64,000 bases of DNA from Octopus vulgaris (Eukaryota), in contig OX597814.1 in NCBI GenBank assembly GCA_951406725.2, forward strand, positions 144,584,001 through 144,648,000, in the 5' to 3' direction. A program made the translations under genes and the position numbers. How positions within the stretch are numbered: the stretch's first letter is position 1; each line of letters starts with the position of its first letter. The notes beneath the pieces are model-generated. The model was given only the letters and a program-made list of their open reading frames with translations, did not search any database and was not told the DNA's origin. This document shows positions 1 to 11,300 of the stretch, in pieces.

Positions 1-297
1 ACCCCAGGACTTATTCTTTGTAACCCTAGTACTTCTATCAGTCTCTTGCCAAACCGCTAAGTTACAGGGATGTAAACACACCAACATCACTTGTCAAGCG
101 ATGGTGGGGGACAAACACAGACACACAAACACACATATAACAGGCTTCTTCCAGTTTCCATCTACCAAATCCACTCACAAGGCTTTGGTCAGCCCGAGGC
201 TATAGTAGAAGACACTTGCCTAAGGTGCCAGGCAGTGGGACTGAACCTGGAACCATGTGGTTGGTAAGCAAGCTACTTACCACACAGCCACTCCTGT
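1..297 (-). mobile_element. tRNA-derived SINE family A (head GGAGTGGCTGTGTGGTAAG), cut by the window edge
   Basis: Same sequence recurs more than 10 times; A/B-box-like head. Confidence 0.8.
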
Positions 298-955
298 GCC
301 TATATATATATTACTACGTACAGCTTTCACTCAGAGTAGAGGATGATTTGGCTGCATGCACCATTCTTTTACTTATTATTTTGGGTGCCCATGTAGTTTT
401 TGTTCCAACAGAACAGCTAGGATGTGCAACCTGGATTGGATAAGAGAGATGGGGACAAAGAGAGATGAGCCAAGCATTCAGCTAGTACTTTGGTTAACAA
501 GACCAAAAACCTGAAAATTGAAGTTGACCTCAGCAAGATCTGAACTCAGACTTTAGAAAGCCAAAGCAAATATTAGCACACTAAATTTATCCAATGCTCC
601 AGCAACTCTGCCAACCAGCCATGCCTGTATGTATATGTAAATGTTATATTATAGGTGCACATCATAAAGATGCTGAGAATAAAAAAAAACAAAATAAAAA
701 TTTGGAAAAAATATTTAATTTCATAGAAGTTATTTAAAGGTGTGTTTTGAGTGAACAAATAGAAATTTTAAAGGTTTTACAGAAAAAAAAATTTTTCAAA
801 AAAAAAAAATTCATAAAGGAAAAAAAAACCTGATTTGCCCTTCTGTACTTTTTTTTTAAAATATATATTTTCATTTTTCCAAAATGACAAATAGTATTCT
901 AAAGAAAATCTGCAGGTTATTGTATAAAGCCAACTTAAGATAAATGTATAGAGAT

Positions 956-1391
956 TAACCCATAAGCATTTAAACCAACTATATCTGGCCCTAATATTTT
1001 ACCTGTTTTACAATCAAACTGGCCAGATCCAGCCTCTCATACCTACCCAACAATGTCATTCTAAAAATAAACAATCACATCATTGAAATCCCAAAGCTAC
1101 AAGATAATAAATGATTTAATTCAAAATAATGTGAAGAAATTTTACATTTGACAGAGTAATCTCAATGCCTAGGCTTTAAACCAGCCATATCCTGCTCAGA
1201 TAATCTACCTGTTTTATGTTTTGAAAATTGGTCATATCCAGTCTCTCTCTCACCTACTCTCCTACAATGTCAATCTAAAGATATACAGTCACGTCACTGA
1301 AATCTCAAAGCTACCAGATCATGCATGATTAATTCAAAATAATTTGAACAAATATTACATTTGACAGAGTAATCTGAATGCTAAAGGGTTA
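956..1391. mobile_element. piggyBac-like MITE, head-to-tail dimer of a ~220-bp unit
   Basis: TTAACCCATAAGCATT ... AATGCTAAAGGGTTA termini; internal unit present twice; monomer at 15481-15701. Confidence 0.65.
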
Positions 1392-2638
1392 CAGCAAAGG
1401 AATTACAATTGCAGAAGCAGAAAATTAGAAAAAAAAAAGATTTAAAAAATATAAACTCATCAAAATCAATAAGAAATTCTTAATTACAACTTTGCTAAAA
1501 AGAAGTGGAGATTTTTCAGATTTTTATTTTTAATGAAATTTTGCATTTATAGAACAGATTCTTCTCTTTTTCCATAAACTAGAATCAAAAATAGATTTAG
1601 ACATAGAATCGCAATACAGAGAATCAAAATTTATAATTAGAATAATTTTGGTTTCTATTAGTTCCCAATTTCTCAAATATTTATCAATGTTATACTGGAG
1701 ACTTTTCTTTTTTTTTTTTTTTTGAGTTTGTATTTCTCTTCATTCAGCCCCAATCCTTTTATCTCTTAGAGATTACCATCAGTGGAGTGCAGCCATGCTG
1801 GAACACTCCTTTAAAGATTTCTAGCTAATGGTACTTATTTTATCCCTTTAACCAAGCCATAAAGTTATGAGAACATAAACCAACACCAGTTGTCAAGTGG
1901 TGGCACACACACACACACACATATATATATGTGTGATAGGCTTCCATACACCTTCCCTCTACCAAATTCACTCACAACGTTTTGGTCAGACCAAGACAAT
2001 AGTAAAAGATACTTGCTCAACGTGCTACACAATAGGACTGAACCCAGAACTATGTGGCTGAGAGATAAACTTCTTAACACACTGCCATGCCTACACTTCA
2101 ATAAGAGGATATGGTGTTATTTGAGGAAGATTTGACTGCTATTTCTAACAGGTCAACAACTTCTTAGAAGCTCTTTCATTCTTAGTTTCTATAAATATAT
2201 ATAGATGAGTACATAAGTTCTAAATGGTATCTTATCCTTCTATATATCTTAACATTCTATAGTTTGTTTTGTTTTTTTGTTTTTTGTTCTTTTCATAAAT
2301 GAATTCTAGTATTTCATTAAACCAGCGTTGCAGTGAAACAAATGGTCAAAGTTCGACAACTCCGTTAGATTTATTCTCTGTCGGCGTCTGTAATCAATAA
2401 AAGAAATGTAAATTTTCTTATTTTTAATTATTCTATTTCGCTATTTTAATCCCGTTTTCATAATTAACATGGGTGGCGTGATTATTTGACGTTTCCCCTA
2501 GTTAATTTTACAACTAATGACACTAAAGCATGAATAATTGAATGTGACAGATAACCAGAGTAGTCAAGAGTTATATACCTTACAACAAACAGTTCGTCTT
2601 CATTAACGTAACATAGATGGCTCTAGCAGATAAGTTAA

Positions 2639-2851
2639 ACCTTTCATTACCATATTTATTTTGAGATGCTCTATGTTTCTTTCAGTTATTTTAAATATAA
2701 CAAAGAATTTAGTAAAAATAACTTAGTTATCATTAAGCTAGTGTTAAGAACATAAATTTTGACTAAGGTTTGGTGGGAAATTTTAATTCAAAACTTATAA
2801 AAACAAAACATTTGTACTACAGAGCCAGAGCTGGGTTGGTAAGGAAAGGGG
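2639..2851. mobile_element. piggyBac-like MITE (second family)
   Basis: TTAA on both sides; imperfect TIR CCTTTCATTACC / GGTAAGGAAAGGG. Confidence 0.6.
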
Positions 2852-4485
2852 TTAAATCTGTTAAGCTAAAAAAGAGGTGCAAAATAATAATTATTGATTC
2901 ATGATTTAACTGAGAACTGATCAAGCAAGCTAAGATTTCTCTAATTAGAAAAAAAAAAACAAATATGGAACTTTTCACATTCGTCATCTTGTAGTTGTTT
3001 TGTTTATTCTGTAAAAGTTAGTGAAAGTATTGTGTTACAGGAAGCTTTAAAAACATACGAAATAGGTACAATCTTTTTTTATCCCTAATAAGTTTTCTCT
3101 AGATAAGTTCTTTATTCAAAAGATTCATAAGCTTGAGCCAATAATACATAATTTTTGCTAGTGTCCTTGTTCTCAATTGAATTTTCAGATTTTAGTCAAG
3201 ATTTTAATATGATGATGATGATCTTAAATTACTTTGGGGGAACCTTAATAGTTCGTAAATAATTGGGGGAGGTGGGGATAAGTCAATTACATTAACCCCA
3301 CTGTTCGACTAGTGCTTATTTTATCGACCCCAAAAGGATGAAAGGCAAAGTCGACCTCGGCAATATTTGAACTCCAAATGTAGCGATGGGCGAAATACCA
3401 CAAAGCATTTCGTCCAGCGTGCTAACGATTCTGCCAGCTCACTGCCTTGTGCCAATAATACATAATAAAAAGGAAAATATGCCCTAGATTAGAAAAATAA
3501 ATTACAGCTTTATCAAAAAGCAAAAGAAATAGTATTTCAGAATTAAGCCAGAAATATTTTGTGTATAAAACAAACAAAAAAACCTGTTTAAGATCACTCC
3601 TTTTTAACTGTATTTTTCTCACAAGAAACCCCCTTTTTTTTTTATTTAAAAAAATTTTCAAAAATTAAAATAAGAAGATTACTAATGACAAATACAAAGT
3701 TTTATAAATGTATATTATATGTATATAATCCAAGCAAAATAGTTTCTCTTTTTTGTACAAGATGCTTTTGTTTACTAAAATGTCAAATTAACAAGTGAAA
3801 AAACTTATCCAGTAGGTGAGAAAAAAAAACAAAAAAAAAATTCATTTTAACAAGCATATTTAACTGATAAATAATAGTGAAGAGGAATAAGACAGATTCA
3901 ACATCCCTTACATCACCCAATTGCAGAAAACTTCCAAAAATAGTGATAATGATTCCTTTAAAGTAGTCAGTCAAAAAGTGAGAATAGCAAATGCAAAGGA
4001 GAAAGAAAAAAGAAAAGTAAAAAAGAAAAAAAAATAGATATAAGATAAATGTGTATTCATTCGTGCGTATCTGTTTTGTGTTTAAGAGATCATATATGCT
4101 TGTATAAGCGCCAAAACAATGAAAACAGATCACCCTATCATAAGCAAACGATTTCAAGTTAATTCACCATAAGAGGTCTAAGGCTTTTTAATCATTCCCT
4201 GTATTAGCCTAAGATCTTTTGGTCATCTTATGAATAGCCACTCAATTTTGCATAGTTTAACATGGCAATATTCGCACACATGTATGCGAAAGTTCAAACT
4301 TATAATCAACAAATCCGCTGATGCATTCATTACATGTGGAACTTTCAGCAAACTGGTTAATACTTAAAGAACAATTGGCTTTTTTTTCTTTTTTCATCAT
4401 TCTGTTTGCAGGACCTAATTTGATGGATAAATTTATATTTTTTTCTTAATAAGAAAGAATAAAATTTCTTTATGTAAATTAGTCA

Positions 4486-4741
4486 TTAGGATTGCTTTGT
4501 ATGTTTTTGTGCCGTAATCCAGATTTCATCATCTGGTTTAGTAACCAGTCCGTAAACAGGAGTGACAACCTGACCTTTAACAAGACCCAAGCGGAACATT
4601 CTCAAAATCTTTGTGATACAAATGCTGGCACATACATAATTTAGTGCACGCTTTGGATCTCCGTTTTTGCCATAAATATCAAAAGGTTGGAAAACTAAAC
4701 CAGATTTGGCCTTATCCTCAGCAAATCTTTCTGGATCAAAC
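4486..4741 (-). CDS. CYP20A1: CYP20A1 last coding exon (FDPERF...[19 protein letters not shown]...[13 protein letters not shown])
   Basis: TTTCAG acceptor, PERF motif, TAA at 4488-4486. Confidence 0.94.
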
Positions 4742-5266
4742 CTGAAACAAAAATAAAAATTATAAAATCAGAATCCTTATATACTGTATATGTCCACCAT
4801 TCAAACATCATAACAATGTCAATGAAGAGAATATCGTTTGCCATCATTGTTTTAATCTCCACTTTTCTATGCAACCATAGGTGAGATGGAATTTATTGGG
4901 GCAGATTTTCTACAGCTGGATGCCCTTGTTGCCAAATCTCACCTGCTTCCAAGCAAGGTGATATTTCCCAATAGCTAAACACGTTTTTTCACAGAAGACG
5001 GGAAACAAACAACATTGCTTGTATGACAATGATGTTCATTTCAACCATCGTATGATATCTAGACAAGGGTACACACAAACACACACACACACACACATAT
5101 ATATATACATACACACATATACATACATACACACATATACATACATACACATACATATATACATACACATGTATACATATATATATATACATACACATAT
5201 ATACATATACATATATATATAAACATACACATACATATACATACACATACATACATATACACAAAC

Positions 5267-5321
<55 letters not shown>

Positions 5322-8300
5322 TGATGAGCTTCTTTCAGTTTCCATCTACCAAATCCACTCATAAGGTTTTGGTCTGTCTACGTTTATAATAGAAGACACT
5401 GACCCAAAGAACCATGCAGTGGGACTGAACCCAAATTTCCAAGATTAGGAAGCAGGCCTCTTAACCACACAGCCAATGCCAGCACCATCATACATAAATA
5501 AAAACTATCATGATGAGATCTATCACAAAGCTCATCAGTTCAGTGACCATCCAGTCCTGCAGCTTTCCAACCTGAGATCTACAATACTTGTACCGGGGTC
5601 TGTGAACCATGTTCAAAACTTTAAATGGCTGCAGTGTAAAATGCGTGATTATTCATTTATATATTTTATTATTACTGAATCACACATCATTACCACTCAG
5701 TTGCACAGTATTATTCTCTACATCATTTAATGTCTGTTTTCCATGCTAGCATGGTTTTACAGGAGCTGGCAAGGCCAGAGTCTGCACCAGGTTCCATCAT
5801 TTGTTTTGGCTTTGTTTCTACAGGTGGATGCCCTAATGCCAACCACTCTACAGGGTGTACTGGATACTTTTTATGTCACACCATCATACGGCGCTTTTTA
5901 CATGGCATCAGCACCCACACCAATACTTTTTTTTATGTGGCACCTTGGTTTCAGGATATCAATTCTGTTGTGATGGATAGGTTTTGAGTACAGCAATATG
6001 CCACTTATCTTAATCTTCTTACACAATCAGTTACAGATTACTATTATTCAATTACATATACCTTTTTTAACCAGGATCAAACTGGTGGTAAACTTCTTAA
6101 CCATATATCTATGACAGTAACCTTGTTCTATAAGAATTTAACGCCAAGACTTCTATAATGTAAAGGTTTAACCAAGCCTTGTCACACATTTGTATGTTTC
6201 TATGCTAGTATGGTTTTTTATTCTATGAACTTGGATACCATCATTACAAAATGTTGCAGCAACCATCATTACAAAATGTTGCAGTAATTGACTTATTAGA
6301 TACTAATAATGCTAACGGAAAAAAAAGATAATTTAAACATACTGAGTAGGAAGAGGCCAATATTGTTCTTCTTGCATTAGGACACCAATAGCATGAAGGA
6401 TAGGAGTCTGAAGAAAGAAAGAAAATAAATAAATAAAGATTAAGCTATCGGTACTAAAACATTTAATGAAAGCAAAAGAACAATTTAAAGTGATATTCTT
6501 GTGTATGCATTAAAAGACAATTAAAACATGGAGCTATGAAAAGATAACAGTTTATAAAATAGCTACACATTTATTTCAACAAGGTAAAAGAGTTTGCCAA
6601 AAATAAATATTCATCATAATCATCATTTAACATTCATTTTCCATACTGTTGTGGGTTGGATGGTTTGATGTTTGTGGGTTACATGGTTTACAGTCAAAAG
6701 ACTGCCCCAAGCTCTGTTTTGGGCTTCGGTATGGGTTCTACAGCTGGATGCCCTTCCTAATGCCAACCACTTTACAAAATGTACTGGGTGATTTTTACAT
6801 GGCACCAGCAGCAGTGAGGTCACCAAGTAACTTGCAGGACAAGACCCCTCAACTAAAGTGGGAGTAGTATTGAGGGGCAGAAAAAGTTGTCTAGAAGTAG
6901 AGGAGAAACACGGCTATCTCAGGTGGAGAAAAAGTGGAAAGAGAGAAGATCAGAGAGAGAGAGATGGTGAGGATGTGATGGGATAGGGGTGCATACACCC
7001 AAGTTACAGGGAAGTGTATCAAGTGGACAGAGCAAGTAGGTGGCAAAGTTGACGAGATTGCAAAAAAAGAGTGAGAGATGGAAGGAGGAAGGGATGTAGT
7101 GAATGGGCATCCCCCACCAAAAAAAAAAACCATGAGCAGCACTTAACTAAACCCTTATAGTTGCTCCAAATGTTAGGCCTTACTATCAATGAGGATCTCT
7201 CCCAGAGAAGTATATCCTTAGCCAAGATAGCATCCCAAAGACTGGTTCTTTTTTTTGCCATCAACCCCTACACATTACTGCCTTGAGCCAAAGGACTTGT
7301 AGGGTTAGTTACAAGGCTTCTATGGTGTGTAAATGACTGGAATTACAACCTTTCCTTTCAACAGGACACCAGTTTGTCACAAGGTGACTCATTTACAGTG
7401 GAGCAGACTGGAGCAACATGAAATGAAGTGTTTTGCTTAAGAATGCCAACATACTGCCCAGCCTGAGAAAGAAACCACAATCTTGCAATCAGGAATGCAA
7501 CACCCTAACCACTAGGCAAGAAAATGTTTCAGCCCAAATCAGTTGCTAACACTTTACAAGGCTAGAGTGAAGCCCATAATAGAGTATTATACCCACATTT
7601 GCTGTTATGAACACCGACATCCTGGACTGCTTCTAGAAAGCCCACTCAACTGATTGGCATTAAATCACTAAGAAACACAGGCATGCTGTTTCTTCTTTCT
7701 GTCTTTTCTATTGTTACTATAATAGATACTATCTAGCTCCATGCCAACAAAAATGATGGCTAATTATAGTATTTTATATGTAAGGTACATAATAATAACA
7801 CATACAAACATTCACATATTTTCTTAGTACACGCATACACATACAGAATTGAAATGCCGTTTGATTTTTTTTTCACCCCTTCCTTTGTTGTTTGTATGTT
7901 GTGACAGAGAAAGACGAGTATTATTATAGTAGATTGCTCCTTAGAACTGACTGGTCTCATTCCTTCTCCAGGGGAGCACCACCAATCCTCTTGGCTCTCC
8001 ACAACTCATTATCCCATCCCCAAACTTAAATAACCATATGCTCAGTCCTCTCTCCCTAGAATACCAGCTCCCTCTGGAATCTACTTCCTCATATCATTCC
8101 TGCTGGTTGATGACCTGAAGCAATTTTTTAAAAATATTAATGGCATCAAGATCACCAGTCCCAGGACCTACAAAGGCCATTTCCTTTATATTCAACCAGT
8201 AAAATAAAAAGAAAAATCACATTACTCCTAAAACCCTGCAAAAATAAACAACCCCTTCCCCTAGGTATTTATCAGTGCAATTGTAAATGAGCCCATCAAT

Positions 8301-11300
8301 GCAATTGCAGCTATTTTTTTTTATACAGATGTTCATACAGATCCATTGAAAGAGATAAGAACACAGACCTTCAGTTACAAATATCTATTACCATCATCAA
8401 AGCCTGAGAACAGGATTTTAAAATTCTAACTTAAAAATTGAATGTTAGTTGAAATAAATAATAAAATTTTATGAAGTAAAAAAAAAATTAAATTAAAGAT
8501 AAATTTGCAAAATAAATATATTACATTTTTGGGAATTTTATGTCCTTCAAGTTCTCCATCAAAACTCTGGGTGTAGGCAGACCATTGTATTAACACAGCA
8601 CATCGATGAGTTTCATCCAACACTTGCTTCAGATATCTAAGTAAAGAAGAAACAGGTGAAAACAGAGAATTTATTCCATTCTTTTGCAGACATATTTTTA
8701 ACAAGAATATAATATAACAGCCTTTGTGTTTTAATTTACAAAATGGATAGGATGGGTCATCACAATCTGTATCGTCTTGCACACACAACAACACAGAAGG
8801 CCATCTGATTTGGGTGAAGTGTAACATGTAGGTGCAAGCAATAGGTACACTGTAACTTTTAGGTACATGGTCTAGTGGTTGCACTTATGATTGAAGATTG
8901 CAGTTTCAATTCTTAGACCAGGTGATATATTGTACTTTTGAGCAAAACACTTCATTCCACATTGCTCCAATCTACTCAAGCTGTAAATGAGTAACTTTGT
9001 AACAAACTGGCATCCTGTTCAAGTAGATTGTTGTGATATCAGTCATTTGTATGCCATAGAAACTGTGTGACCAGCCTTATGAGTCCTAGAACTCGAGACA
9101 CTAATGTCCAAGGGTTGATGTTGACAAAGAAACTGCCATACCTGTGCTACAAATTTAATGGATCAATTAGAATAACTTCTCTGACACTGCCAATCAACAA
9201 TCTACTGCCTTCTTTTCGAAATTCTCAATGAAGAATCTCTATGCAGCATAAAGTACAGAACTAGAACATTCTCATCAGCATTTTAATGTTCACTTTTCCA
9301 TGCTTGCATGAGTCAGATGGTATTTGTTGAGGCAGATTTTCTACAGCTGGACACACTTCCTTTCATTAGCCTTCATCTGTTTCCATGCAAAGTCAATATT
9401 TCCCCATGACAGACATGTCTCAATACATCATCATCATCATTTAACGTCCGCTTTCCATGATGGCATGGGTTGGACGTTTTGAGGACTGGCAAACCAGAAG
9501 GTTGCACCAGGCTCCAACCTAATCTAGCAAAGTTTCTACAGCTGGATGCCCTTCCTAATGCCAACCACCTTGAGTGTAGTGGGTGTTTTTTACATGCTGA
9601 AATGGTGTTTTTCTACAAGCCACTGACACAGGAGCCAGTCAGGTGGCACTGGCAACAACAACATTCATATGACGCAAAAACAAAGCTATGTAGGCCTATA
9701 GGCTGACTTATGACCAAATCGACTTACAACCAGTCAGTCAGAACCAACAGTGGTCGTAAGTCAACGACGACCTGTATATATAATGGGTTTCTTTCAGTTC
9801 CTCTACCAAATCAACATACAAGGTTTTAATCAATTTGGTGTTATAGAAGACACTTGCCCAAGATGCCAAGCAAGTGGAATCAGATATATAAAGTTTGAGA
9901 GGGAATATAGATTTAAAAAAAAAGCATTCCTTACTTCATTTTTTTAAGATTCTCTGGAGTAATTTCATCATCTTTCAGAGTTTGTACTTCTTTTGTAAGT
10001 TTGGTTTGTACATCACTATGAGTAGCAAGGAAATATAACAACCAAGTCAACACTGAAACAAAAGTTTGAGAAGCATTAGAGAAAAAGAAAATGTTTAGAG
10101 ACAAAGAAGGTAAGTTAAAGGGTGACAAAACTGGGGTTTAAGAATAAGCTTGTTTGAACCAGACTGCTCTCAAATGATGAGTAAAAAGAAGATGGGGGAA
10201 GAAACACTGAATAATGTAGTCCTAGACATACAATGTCTAAAAAAAAAAAAACCAAGATGTCATGTTTGGAACACCCTAAACTGCAGTCCTGCAGAGTTTT
10301 AGTAGAACAGATCAACCCCAGTACTTATTTTTAAACCTGGTACTTATTCTATCAATGCCTTTAGCAAAAATGCTAAGTTACAGGGATGTAAACAAACCAA
10401 CCAGTTAACCAGCAGTGGGGTGGGACAAACACAGACACAAAGAGACACACACACACACACACACATGATAGACTAACCATACAGCCATACCTCTGATAAC
10501 ATTACTTTGCTTTTATTTTTTGGTTAGTTTAGTCAAAGAAGGAGCGCACATTGGTTAAGAAAACAAAAACAATAATGGAACCAGTTTGAACATCATCATC
10601 ATCATCGTGTAACGTCTGTTTTCTATGCTGGCATTGGATGGTTTCACTGAGGTCTGGAAAGTCAGTGGCTGCACCAGGTTCCAATCTGATCTGGCAATGT
10701 TTCTACAGCTGGATGCCCTTCCTAATGCCAACCACTCTGAGAGTGTGGTGGGTGTTTTTTAAGTGCCACCAGCACAGGAGCCAGTCAGGCAGGCCTGGCA
10801 TCGATCACATTCAAATAGTGCTTTTACGTGCCACTGACATGGGCAGGGCCATCACTAAGCCCCTGCAACCCCTGCGGTCATAGGAGGCCTCTGCAGTTGA
10901 AGGGCCCCATGTTGAGATCAAAGTATGTAGATGAGTTATCTATTTACTTTGGTTAAGATGTTGGACAAGAATTAAATTATCTATATTAACTGAACATTTC
11001 AAGAAATAAAATGGTAATACATTGTACCTGCAAAAGTTCTTGTAAAAATATTACATTGTACCACGAACATGTACCAGACTTTGTGGATTGTCAATGATAT
11101 CTATTGAACATGAACTTAGCTCTCAGCTTGATTATTCTGAACTGATCGATGATTTCGCGAAGCCAGAAGTGTGCCATGCTTGTCTTTGAAAGTTGCTTGG
11201 ATTATAAGAGTGCTCTTTTATTCATATCTGGAAGTTTTACTTACTGAAATTTGTAATAGACCTAAATAAATTTAACTTGTACTTTTAAAGATGTTCTTTA

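Noticed and set aside
4630-4680. A-to-I editing or selenocysteine restoring the heme ligand
   Set aside because: Editing GAT gives GGT (Gly), not Cys, and the codon is not TGA. TAT codons at -5 and +7 could be edited to TGT but are out of register with the ligand position.
4989-5362. ORFs rich in Y/I/C/V/H/T (also 39696-40286, 44051-45494)
   Set aside because: These are translations of (TA)n and (CA)n microsatellites.
8426-8884. Standalone ORFs 8426-8884, 9931-10128, 12464-12835, 20608-20847, 21065-21334 and 59692-59877
   Set aside because: Each is a real exon plus intronic read-through, not a separate gene.
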